DNA from: Azolla caroliniana
Lineage: Eukaryota > Plantae > Polypodiophyta
Length of the DNA: 13,182 nucleotides
Assembly: GCA_043228905.1 (NCBI GenBank)
Contig: JBHGNT010000984.1
Span: forward strand, 1 to 13,182
Reading direction: 5' to 3'
Shown here: one piece after another, positions 1 through 10,064 of the stretch
Layout of the letters: every line of letters starts with the position of its first letter
Numbering within the stretch: position 1 is the stretch's first letter
Position numbers and translations under genes: made by a program
The notes under the pieces: model-generated
What the model saw: only the letters and a program-made list of their open reading frames with translations
What the model was told of the DNA's origin: nothing
Databases searched by the model: none

Positions 1-3000
1 AGCCGGTGCGTTCGGTCGAACCGGGCTTTGTTCTTCATCCTCGCCGTCCGAAGTCACTCCGCCGCTCGTTCCACGTCCTCTGGCCTCCGCTCGAGCTGCC
101 GTATACATGCCGCGAGTAGTTCTTCCCAACTCATCTCGTCTCTCCAGTCCACTGTCGCCGAAGAGGAGATCGTCCGTTCGATCGACATGATCGGCTTCTA
201 TCTGAACATGAGCTCTGACGGCATGAACCCTGTTACCGAACTGTGTGTTGTCTTGTCCGCCCACAAGGCATAAGGTAACAGCCGTGGCCAGTTCCCGACC
301 TGGCCTCCGCATGCCCGGACTAGCGCTTTGACGATCGGTCCGTGTCCGCGCTCCACCTTCCCGTTCGCCTCCGGATTGTACGCTGTGGTGAGCGAGAGCT
401 TGACCCCTAACCGGTCGAACAGCTCCTCGGCCTCTTCGGCGTCCAACTCCCTGCGGTCAGCCACAATCTTCCCGACGCACCCGTACCGGCATATCACGTC
501 CTCGATCAGGAATCGACACACGGCCGCGATCGTTTTGTTCTGCAGGGCTCGGCCTTCCACCTGGTTCGTTAGGTTCTCCCAGGCCAGCACCAGATATCGC
601 ATCTGCCCTATGCCCATCGTCATCGTCACCAAATCTACCATCCATTTGAATTGGATGGCCGGAGGGTAAGTAGGGTGAAGCTCATCCCGATGTCGGACTA
701 TGGAGTGCATCTGACAACTCTCACAAGTTGTCACGAACCGATGCATGTCCCGGTACAGTCCCGACCACCAGTACTTCCCCTTTAGCTTCTCAAACGTGGC
801 CCACGTCCCACGGTGTCCAACCCAGGGGCTGTCATGGTAGGCCTTCAGCAATTCCTCCTGTTCCTCCTTCATCGCCACTACTCGGAGCGGGATGCCATTC
901 CTCTTCTTCGGGTGCTTCCACAAGTATCCGTTCCGGAGAAAGAATCGGTACGCTTTCTTCCGGATCCGGTTGGCCTCGTCTCTTGTCCACGATGCGTCCG
1001 ACATCATTGTCCTTAAGAATCCCCCAATCTGCAGCCACTCCCCGTCGTACTTGCTCTTGTTGAAATTGTTAAGCGCCGGAGTGCTTCCCCCTTCGGTTGT
1101 TACGTAAGCCGCCTCGAAGAAGTCTACGCCGACTTCCTCATCCTCCGAAACCATGCCGCCCTCGTTGTCAAATCGCGCCCTCAAAAGCATGTCGGCCATG
1201 GCATTGTCTTTCCCGGAAATGTGTCGTATTTCCGGATCCAGGGACTTGATGTACGCTATCCATTTGAGCATTGCCAGGTCCGGGGTTGTGCATCCGGAAA
1301 CCATGCCGAGAATCGGCAGGTAGTCCGTCTCGATAATCACCTCTGTCCCGATCAGATAGTCTTTATCGGCCTTCACCGCCGAAATGATACCCCAGAGTTT
1401 GCGTTTAACCTGGGCGTATCCTCGTTGTTGCTCGCTGAGGACCTTCGCGCCGAACCGGATTGGGAACCGAATGCCGTCCTCATCTTCTTGGTTGACGACC
1501 CATCCGATCCCGGTCGGACTCGTATCTACCGTTATGTAGACGGGAGTGCCTTTCTCGTAGACAGCCTTCCGGAGTGCCGGAGCTGTAGCAAGAGCCTCCT
1601 TCATCTTTCGCACCGACTCCGTATGCTCGTCTCGCCACTCGAATTTTCGCCCCTTTTTCAGCGACCCGTATAGCGGCTCGGCAACGTGGGCGTAATGCGG
1701 GATCCATATGTGGTAGAATGCGCATGCTCCCAAGAACCTCCGTACCTCCGTGACCGAGTTACAGTTGGGCTTCATTGCGGAGATGGCTTCCACCTTTGCC
1801 GGAGACGGTTTCCGGCCATACGGTCCGCATAGATGTCCGACGACCATGATCTCTGATTGCCCGAAGGCCGATTTTTCCCCGGAGAAGGTGAGCCTCGCGT
1901 CCTCTAGCCTCTGCAGCACCCTCTCGCAGTCGTCAATGTGTGTCGCCACGAATTTCCGGCATCCGTCTGGTCCGATCGTTTCGTCCTTTTCTTCCACCAG
2001 ACATCCCTTGATCGGGATGTTGTCCAAGAATGGCATGGTGATGTCCGGGATACAATCCCTTAGCACCTTGTTCATCGCATTCACCATGTGGGCCACCGAG
2101 TTCGTCCCTCCTTGTGGCAGGGTACACATCTGCACTAGGTCGAGGGGAGTCCGCATCATCGTAATGTCTCTGCTCTCTACGGCTAGTTGGAACTGATCGT
2201 ACCCTGAGTACAGATCTCCGACCGAGTAGATTGACCTTCCGACGAAGGCCTCTGCGAACTCGTCTATCGTTGGTCCGATTCCTGCGTTCCGAATGGTCAC
2301 TCTGTTGACCGGTTGCAGGTCTTGAATGAAGCGCAACGTCCCGTTCTTCTTCGGTACTGTAAACCACCGGTTTGAGTACGGGGCACTCGACGGTTCGAGG
2401 ATGCCCATTTTGATTTTCTGCCTCAACAACTCCATCAGCTCCGGGATGTGAGCTCTCGGTACCGGAATTGGTTTGAGATTCCACGGCACATGCGGTACCG
2501 TGAATATCACCATTGGCTTTACGACTGTCGGGTCTACGCACCCGATTTCTTCCGGTGAGAATGCGAAGGGTTTCCCGTGCCTTCCGAGCATTCTCCGAAA
2601 CCGGTCTTCTTCTGCCGGTAGTAGGAACCCGCCCCCACCGATTTTGAGCTCCCGTAGCGTTCTGTCGGTGAAGGTGTGTCCTATGCAGGCCGGATCACGT
2701 AAACTGGGGTCCGACGCGACCCCCTTGATTCGCAACTCGCTGCCCTACGGTAAGGGTGCCGCGACTGGCCTTACCTTCCGGTCCACAGTCTTGTACTTCG
2801 TGTTAACCCGGGCCGTCCAATCCAACTCGAGCCCTCGACTGAAGTCCGCGATGACTTCATACATCTCTTCTGAACAAACCGGTATCGTCCGGTCCTCTTT
2901 AAGGCCCTCTCCGACCACCTCTCGTAGTATTCCCAAGGTATCGTCGAAGGAGACCGCCTCCACGGCTCCGTTGATTTCCTCGCTGGGCCCGAGAACTCTG

Positions 3001-3196
3001 CACGCCCGAAGTCGCTCTTCCGCCCTTGTCTTTTCTCGGCCTACGACGCCGACTATCGTACACCCTCCGTTGTCGGAGAAACAAAACTTCCTACTTATGG
3101 TACAAGGTTTCTTCGGTTTCGCTTCTATTGTACATTTGTGGGGTTTTCCCGGAGTGTCCGGACTGTCGCGGCCCCACGCCTTGGCAGCCCTCTCTA
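1..3196 (-). pseudogene. pol: pol (linker-RT-RNase H-integrase) of element 1, with in-frame stops
   Basis: ORFs 2745..3503 and 198..2735 are in one frame, split by TAG at 2745-2747. RT FLDN replaces FLDD (AAC at 2019-2021). RNase H has TVDTSPTGIG. Integrase has HHCC (YHDSPWVGH...CESC) and DDE motifs (WMVDLV, IVADR, NGKVERGH). The frame continues past stops at 198-200 and 54-56 to the window edge (...MKNKARFDRTHR). Confidence 0.93.
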
Positions 3197-3203
3197 AAAA
3201 TCC
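3160..3203 (-). promoter_or_regulatory. Putative -1 programmed ribosomal frameshift signal (G GAU UUU, UAG, 6-nt spacer, stem-loop) between PR and RT
   Basis: Minus strand reads G GAT TTT TAG AGA GGGCTG...CAGTCC. The pol frame is -1 relative to gag-PR and is open across the site (..RGFLERAAKAW..). Confidence 0.65.
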
Positions 3204-5396
3204 TCTCGGTTCTCTCCACCGAGGGACTTGCGGTTTCGCTCGTGGTTCGGTCGCACCGTCAGGAATTGGACCGAATGATGCCCGTCCTGACTCTTGACCC
3301 TCGCGTAAGCCGACCCGTTGTCCAGCACCTTGGTCTCCATTCGCGCTGCTGTTATGTACGGTTCTCCCAGTATGACCGGGTGCGAGGACGTCTCCTGCAC
3401 AAAGAAGTGCTGGTCTATCTCGACGTCGCCAATCTTGACTCGCACGTTTGGGCAGGCCCCGTGTAGTTCCTCTGTGGCGCGCGTCCCCGCCCGTATCTTC
3501 CACCCGTGCTTAGTGTTGATCGGCCATTTCCCCTTCTTGTAGAAGTCCATGGACATCAGATTTATTTCCGAACCGTGGTCCACCAGCGCCACCACCGGTT
3601 CCTGAACATCTCCTATCTTCACCGGGGTTTCCGTGGTCGGTCGGGCCCAGTGTGGCCTCGAATAGTGGCTCTCCGCCTACTCGTCTTCCAGCGCCATGTC
3701 CTCTATGTGCGCCGTTCGCACCTCCACCGGCCTTTCCGGTTCTGCCTCCGTTGACAGCCTCTTCCTCTTCACCAAGTCCACGATGGAGTCGTGGAACTCC
3801 TTCTTGGCAATTCCGAGCACCTCCCGCAACGACAGTTCCACTTTGCTGTCGAGGATTCGTTCTTCCAGGACCTTTCATAAGTCCGTGGTCCTTTCGATCT
3901 CCGTGCCCAAACGGTACCCGCCCTTCTTGTGGCTATCCCTGGCACTGGACTCACCGGCCTCGTTCCGTTTCGGCCCGAATCGGGTTTCATATCTCTGTGA
4001 AGGTCCGGCCCCTCCGATTTTACCTACCCGTTTGTCTTCAACCAGAGCCTCGTAGTTCTGGCAAGCTGCTTCGACGAAACCTGTCTTTTCTTCGACCGGG
4101 TCACTCCACCCGGTTACCTCCTGGACCCGCTTTTCCGCACGGTCCGCCTCGTCTCTCTTCAGTCGGGCACCGGCGAGGCCTTCCAGCACTGTCGGCCAGA
4201 ACTCGGCTTTGCTCTCCTTCCGGGCCCCGCTGCCCCCGACCCGAATACCGGCTGACGCTGAGTAGTGGACGGTCTCCGCGTGCCGGGCTGCCGCGTCTTC
4301 CATCAACCTTTTCATTCCTCCTCTCCCGTCGTTTCGGTTCAGGGCCCTCCGGGTATCGCTGGCATGCAGCCGACCTTCCCACAGGTACACTACCCGGCTT
4401 CTCAAAGCCTCCATAAAGTCCCCGCAGTCTTTCCGGATGTGGCCGACCTCGTCGCACCACATGCACCTACTTCCTGCCGGAGCCCGTCGGTCACGAGCCT
4501 GATCACCGCCTTCCCTCCGAGCCTGGGCGATCTGGAGATCCTTTACCGCTCGTGTCAGCTCCTCCAGAGCTGTTCCCCCGGATGAGCCTCTGATCACGCC
4601 GGTCGAAGACGAACCGGTTTCGAGCCACTGATCATGCCGGTCGAAGACGAACCGGTTTCGAGCCACTGATCATGCCGGTCGAAGACGAACCGGTTTCGAG
4701 CCACTCCCGGGTCTCTTCCCTTCGCGCCTGCGGTACCGGTTCGAGCTTCCTTGCTGCGACAGGTCCCACCCCGGTCGCCTCTGTATCAGCCCACTCCCAC
4801 CATTTGTCAAAACGGCCGCAGACTCTCTTTACCGCGGCCTGGTCGGTCGTCAGCCCGTCTTCGGTTTCCAGTAAGGAGCCAACTTGCCCCCGATCCCGTG
4901 CGTCAACCGATTTGACAAACAGTAGGACACGACTTGTGTCTAGAACGGTCCGATCGAGCGCCGAAAGGCGCGCAGAGCGGTCCTCAAACTCCCGGAGGAG
5001 TACCGACACGTTTCTTCCTTTGTTGGGGGACTCCACCCACTCCATGAAGCTCCGCTTCGAAAGTCGAAGCGCGTCATCCAGCTCGTATTTCTCCAGGAGC
5101 CGTCCTTCGAACTCCTCCCAGGTCCGGCTCTCCGTCCGGACCTCGAGCACCTCCGCATGGATGCCTGGCATCGCCACTCGAGGGAATCCGGCAAGATGCC
5201 TCTCTTCCGGAATATCCCTCATCAACATCTCCGCCCGGTAGGACGCCAAATAACTTGTGGCATCCTTTCCACTGAACCGGCCGATCATACCGACGATCGC
5301 CTCAATAGCCTTGTCAAGGGCGCCGGTGCCCTCGTGCACGCTCACTATCCGGTCCACGGCCGAAGCCATGGCCTCTGCAAGATTCGACCCCCTCAT
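3194..5396 (-). pseudogene. gag: gag-protease ORF of element 1 (capsid, CCHC zinc knuckle, aspartic protease), disrupted
   Basis: First ATG after the PBS is at 5396. The capsid-like region reads FSGKDATSYL...TWEEFEGRLLEKY, the knuckle CMWCDEVGHIRKDC, and the protease ALVDHGSEINLM. It is disrupted by a 76-bp repeat expansion (4591-4704) and in-frame stops TGA 3875-3877 and TAG 3677-3679. It ends ...EDF* at 3194-3196. Confidence 0.9.
4591..4704. repeat. Tandem repeat, 3 x 38 bp (tgatcaYgccggtcgaagacgaaccggtttcgagccac)
   Basis: Units at 4591-4628, 4629-4666 and 4667-4704 differ at one position (c in unit 1, t in units 2 and 3). There are no spacers. Confidence 0.97.
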
Positions 5397-5418
5397 CTTC
5401 TGCTCCTCTGCCGCCTGC

Positions 5419-5436
5419 TTCACATCGGGTTCACCA
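5419..5436 (-). promoter_or_regulatory. Primer-binding site complementary to the tRNA-Trp(CCA) 3' end
   Basis: Plus strand TTCACATCGGGTTCACCA matches the plant tRNA-Trp 3' end as I recall it (TTCACGTCGGGTTCACCA) at 17/18. It lies 4 nt from the LTR-terminal CA. Confidence 0.85.
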
Positions 5437-5440
5437 AATA

Positions 5441-6097
5441 TGTCGCGTTATTACGCGCGTGCGTGGAGAAACGAGGCGGGACCACTGGGGTCTTGAACCG
5501 AAGAGCAGGTGATAGAAGGGGAAAGAGAAAGAGCGAGACGCCCGGTCACGTATGAGCAACGAAACACAGGGGGGGGGGGGGCACGGCCCGTCAACACAGA
5601 AGACGTGAATGGACACAGAGACAGGGAGACACAAGTGTTTGTATATTAACGAATATCTAATACACAACAGAGCACGCGAGCGGTTACAACCGAACAGGCC
5701 GGCGAACAGATGCCGATGCCTGTTCGTCTGCACACGAAAGGAGAAAAGGGTGGAGGTGCTGCCGGAACCACACGGGCGTTCCTCGAAGCAGCGCGAGCCT
5801 CCCGAAACCCTGCAGAGAAGAGCGATGGAGAACGAACAGAGGAGAAGCGTTCGGTTACGGTCCGACAGCACTTCCTCCTCCTTAATGTGCGATGCCTTCT
5901 CCCTGCGTCTCCCTCTCCTTTATAGCGTCAAGAAGGGAGCCGTCTCCCTCATTTACTTCCTACCTACCGAATCTAACTACCCGGATATGCCTTTGTACTG
6001 AATTCCCTATTATATACATTAAGGGCGTGCATATGTGAAGAGCCGGTTCATGCGAGCTATGCACCGATTGCGCCAAGGGACGGTTTTCTTCACGACA
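5441..6097 (-). repeat. 5' LTR of element 1 (657 bp)
   Basis: Sense strand starts TGTCGTG (6097) and ends CGCGACA (5441), an imperfect terminal inverted repeat. It is flanked by the PBS on one side and an abruptly cut copia RNase H on the other. TATAAA lies at 5924-5919 and a G13 run at 5569-5581. The expected TSD is GCGTG (6098-6102). Confidence 0.88.
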
Positions 6098-6714
6098 GCG
6101 TGTGGAATGCGGGATTCCGTTCCAAGTAGATACTGCTCATGTGGTCGCAGTATAGATGAATCAGATACTTGATGGGTACGCCCAGATCCTTCAGTATACG
6201 CTTGAGCCATACTGCTCCGCACGCGGCAACGGCCGCGCCCCTATATTCGGCTTCCGTACTCCATAGTGCGACTGTCGGCTGCTTCTTGTTGCTCCAGGAG
6301 ATCCCTCCGCTACCAAGGGAGAAGAAGAATCCGGATGTGGATCGTCTATCCGCTTTGTATCCTGCCCAGTCCGCGTCTGTGTACCCTTCGAGTCGAATGA
6401 TTGTATTCGTCTTATACACGATGCCGTAATACATCGTGGTACTGACACACCAAAGTATCCACTTAGCGCAATTTAGATGAAGATTTCGCGGATTATGCAT
6501 GAACTAGCTAAGTAGGCCGGCCGAATAGCTGAGATCGGGTCGTGTGATGGTTAGATAAATCAAGTTGCCGATCAATTGTTGATACTGAGTTGGCTCGCTC
6601 TCGGCTATGCCGGAATTGGCATCGATCTTGAGATTACGATCGAGAGGGATAGACACAGGTTTGCACTCGGTCATTCCGAACTTGTAGAGTAAGTTGAGAA
6701 TGTAGTGTTGTTGA
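6098..6714 (-). pseudogene. Ty1/copia RT C-terminus and RNase H fragment (host element, downstream piece)
   Basis: Translates as SQQHYILNLLYKFGMTECKPVSIPLD...YQQLIGNLIYLTITRPDLSYSAGLLS*FMHNP...LEGYTDADWAG...DRRSTSG...ISWSNKKQPTVALWSTEAEY...LYCDHMSSIYLERNPAFH. These are canonical copia motifs, cut just before the expected RTKHI. Confidence 0.93.
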
Positions 6715-7097
6715 TGTCAGGAACAGTACTAAGACAGAGAAGGAATTAGTACTAAAAGATGAGGATTAGTACTAAGGGAGGTGTAGAACTCTCGAGAGAA
6801 GGAAAGAGTGAGTGAGTGAGAGAGAGAGAGAATGATGATAAGAAAAGATATATATTATGTTAAGAGAATATACAATAGTAGCTAGGAGGCTTAAGATTAG
6901 CGTTGAACCGATTTGGTTCGAAATAATGCCTTGTGCCTCCTTTTATAGTGTTCTTAGGAGTACTCCTGAAGTTTCTAAAATGTTCCAGAGAAATCTGGAA
7001 TATATGTCAATTTTCTATAGTAAAATTTAAATGAAATTAATATTCTTCGTATTACAACATATAGTCTAATGGGTTCAAGTCTTGCCATATCATGACA
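6715..7097 (-). repeat. 3' LTR of element 2 (383 bp)
   Basis: tgtcagg...catgaca. It is a direct repeat of 11301-11710, with 15 mismatches over the 242-bp colinear block (6831-7072 vs 11410-11651). It contains (GA)7 and two TTAGTACTAA palindromes. Confidence 0.95.
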
Positions 7098-10042
7098 TTA
7101 TCCTCCATTTAAAATGACGAGTGTCACAAGTAGTTTTGGATTGAGGACCCGGTTTGTCTAGATATTGAAGATGGAAGTCTTCAAGAAGAGCACGAGCATT
7201 GGTCACATTCTCTATTGGTTCCCAAGTACGCTCGCTAGGACTATATCCTGGCCAATCGACTAAATAATAGAGCTTGTTGCGAACAGTCTTGGAATCGAGG
7301 ATGGTGGCAACCTCGTACTTAGGTCCATCTTTAAGTTCGATCGGGGGTGGAGGTTGTTTAATACGACTTGGGATGGTGCTGTCTTGATAGGGTTCGAGGA
7401 GAGAACTATGAAACACCGGATGTATCTAAAGTTGTGGAGGTAGATCGAGAGGAAAAGCGACATCATTAATTTTTCCGATAATACTAAAAGGACCTAATCA
7501 CCGATAATCCAACTTCTCGCATGGGCGACTAGTCTTGATGTGTCGTCATAGTAGCCATACCCGATCTCCAATGTTAAAACTGAATGGAAGCTGATGACGA
7601 TCCGCGTAAACCTTGTGTGTTTGTTGACCTTGATGTAGATGAGTAGATAAATCCGCTTGTATCTTGCGTAACCGCTCCAAACGATCCTCTGCGCAAAGAT
7701 TTGTGGGTAACTCTGGGGTTTCAAATACACACCACCGGGGGTGACAACCCATATAAGCATAAAATGGTGTAACCTTTGTCGATGAGTGGACAACGTTATT
7801 ATACGCAAATTCGGTGAAGTGGAGAATATCCGCCCAGTTATCTTGATGATAGCTAAGAAAGCACTGAAGATACTGCTCCTGCATTTGATTTGTTCATTCT
7901 GCTTGGCCGTCTGTTTGCGGGTGGTAGCCGGAGGAGAGGTTACAAGTGACCTTGAGCATTTTAAAGAGTTGCTTCCAGAATTTCAAGACGAACTGGGGTC
8001 CACGGTCGCTGATGATGCTATCGGGAAGGCCATGATGTCGACATACTTCACACATGACAATTTTGGCGGTTTCCTCACTTGAGAATTCCTTAGTACATGG
8101 CAGGAAATGGGCCATCTTCGTATACCGATCTACTACTGTTAAGATTGCATCGAATCCCTTAGAGACGGGAAGATCTGTGATGAAATCTAGAGCAATGGAT
8201 TGCCACGGCTTGCTTGGAATTGGTAATGGTTCTAATATACCATATGGATGATGCCTTGACATTTTTTCTCTGCAACATGTATCACAAGTCCGAACAAAAT
8301 CTTCGACAAATTGTCGCATATGGGGCCACCAAAATGATCATTGTACTAAATCTAATGTTTTAGTACTACCAAAATGCCCAACTGTATATGTGTCATGACA
8401 GTTTTGGACTACTCGAAGGTGACAAGAACCATTAGGAACATACAAGAGTTTCTTAAAGAATAGTAATCCATCACGACATTTGAATTGTCGATAGTCTGCA
8501 CCTAGTTGTTGCGATCGTGAACAAGATGCTCGAGAGGGATCAATTTGTGCTAGAATGGCTTGGGCGAAAGCATCTGTATTCAAGTCCTCACGTATGGTAT
8601 TGATAATGTGGGAATCCAAGGGCATATCGAAGACTTGCGTTGCTTGCAGTCGTGCTGGTCCTAGGATTACTTGCTTTTGGTTATCGAAGGCTGGCTCGCC
8701 AAGACGTGGTGCTAGATACGAGCGCCGTGATAATGCGTCTGCCTTCCCTTGTTGCTTCCCCCGACGATATGTAATTTTGAAGTCGAAATGAGTGAGGAAT
8801 TGGGCCCACCGAGCTTGACATTGATTTAACACATGAGCATTCTGAAAGTAGGCAAGGTTTTTGTGATCACCGAATACGGTGACTTGATGAGAAGATCCCT
8901 CTAAAAAATGCCTCCATTGCGTAAAAGAGTCCACTATTGCTAGTAGCTCCTTATCATGAATTTCATAGTTGCTTTCGGTGGTGTCAAACTTGAGTGAGTG
9001 GAAAGCCACAGGATGGAGCTTTTCATCATCGCCTTGTTGTGACAGAATGCTACCCAACGCGAAATCCGACGCGTCTGCTTCGATGGTGAATAATTTTTCC
9101 AGATCAACGTGAGCCAGAATAGGATCTGATGTAAATGCCTTTTAAGAGTCTCAAAAGCCATGTCTGCTTCTTCAGAACAAACAAATGAGTGTCCCTTCCT
9201 AGTGAGATGTGTGAGAGGCAGAACAAGCTTTGAGTGATCATGTATAAACTTGCGGTAGAAATTGGCAAAGCCTAGAAAGCATTGCCACTCTACCATCGTT
9301 TTGACCTTAGCTAGATCCATGGAGATGCCTTCCGAGGAAATGACATAGCCCAAAAATTCTACTTGGTTGCACTCGAAACTACATTTTTCTAGCTTTGCAT
9401 AAAGACCATGTTCTCGAAGTCGTTTTAGTACTAATAGTACATGAGAATCATGCTCCTCTTGGGACTTCGAATAAACCAGTAGATCTTCCAAATAGATGAT
9501 CAAACAAACATCTAAGAGATCTCAGAATATATCATTTGCCATGTGCTGGAAGAGAAACATTTCTTCCTTGCGTCTTCACGCAACTGATGTAGTGAAATGG
9601 TTGCAATCTTATGAGTAGATCCTCAGGTTTGTCGATGCTCGATTTCCCTTGTTCTCCAATTTATATCTGGGTTATGTAATTCGAACTATGGTAATCCCAA
9701 AACAATAGGATGTTCTGGGATACTAATTATATTAAAGGATACTACACACACTAAATTATCTAGGACAATATTAACGGGCTCTGACTCTTCTATGATATTT
9801 CCAGAAGCAATGGGACGACCATCAATGACTACTACAGAGGCTGGACACGGGAGTTTTCTTAGGGTAATCTGATGAGCTTGGGCAAAATTCCTATCCATGA
9901 AGCAAGAATTAGCTTTGGAATCTAGGAGTGTTGAGACATGTACTGGAGAGGTACTTTTAGTACTAACTGTTACCTGGGATAAGAACACATTTCTAACTTG
10001 CTTAGAGGGAATGGAACCACTAATGGTTGTCCAACCAAACAA
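7090..10042 (-). pseudogene. pol: pol of element 2: protease, truncated RT, RNase H, integrase and chromodomain
   Basis: PR reads LLDSKANSCF...VLGLP*F. The RT remnant reads FQHMANDIF*DLL..IIYLEDLLVYS. RH reads EADASDFALGSILSQ and NYEIHDKELLAI. INT has CHD..GH/CDTC, LDFITDLP, SDRGPQF, HPQTDGQAE and LGPF. The chromodomain reads YEVATILDSK...YLVDWPGY..SERTWEP. There are many stops and indels. Confidence 0.95.
7098..7110 (-). promoter_or_regulatory. Polypurine tract of element 2 (degenerate)
   Basis: Minus strand AAATGGAGGATAA directly precedes the 3' LTR start TGTCATG. Confidence 0.65.
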
Positions 10043-10064
10043 CTCCTATTTTGGCTGGACTTAG

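Larger units (their letters stand above)
1..6097 (-). mobile_element. Ty3/gypsy non-chromovirus LTR retrotransposon (Ylt1/Phygy-like), element 1; 3' end beyond left edge of window
   Basis: 5' LTR, tRNA PBS and domain order gag(CCHC)-PR-RT-RH-INT. RT motifs EPSSAPYSNRWFTVPKKNGTLRFIQDLQPVN and DLYSGYDQF resemble fungal Ylt1-like and bryophyte non-chromovirus gypsy elements. The clade call is from recognition, not phylogeny. Confidence 0.93.

Noticed and set aside
4591-4704. 38-bp palindrome-containing repeats resembling a CRISPR array
   Set aside because: The units are contiguous with no spacers, derive from gag coding sequence, have no cas genes nearby, and sit in a eukaryotic TE.
5419-5436. 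tRNA-Trp gene fragment or phage att site
   Set aside because: Only the 3' 18 nt including CCA are present, next to an LTR end, which is the geometry of a PBS.
28-5555. Long plus-strand and alternate-frame ORFs (e.g. 2473..3297, 3652..4416, 4672..5241, 1933..2541) as extra or antisense genes
   Set aside because: They are shadow ORFs expected from GC-rich gag-pol codon usage, with Ser/Pro/Arg-rich translations and no recognisable motifs.
5431-6222. ORFs inside or spanning the element 1 LTR (5431..5871, 5609..6001, 6019..6222) as env-like or accessory genes
   Set aside because: They lie within the LTR or cross the insertion junction, include a homopolymer run, and show no domain features.
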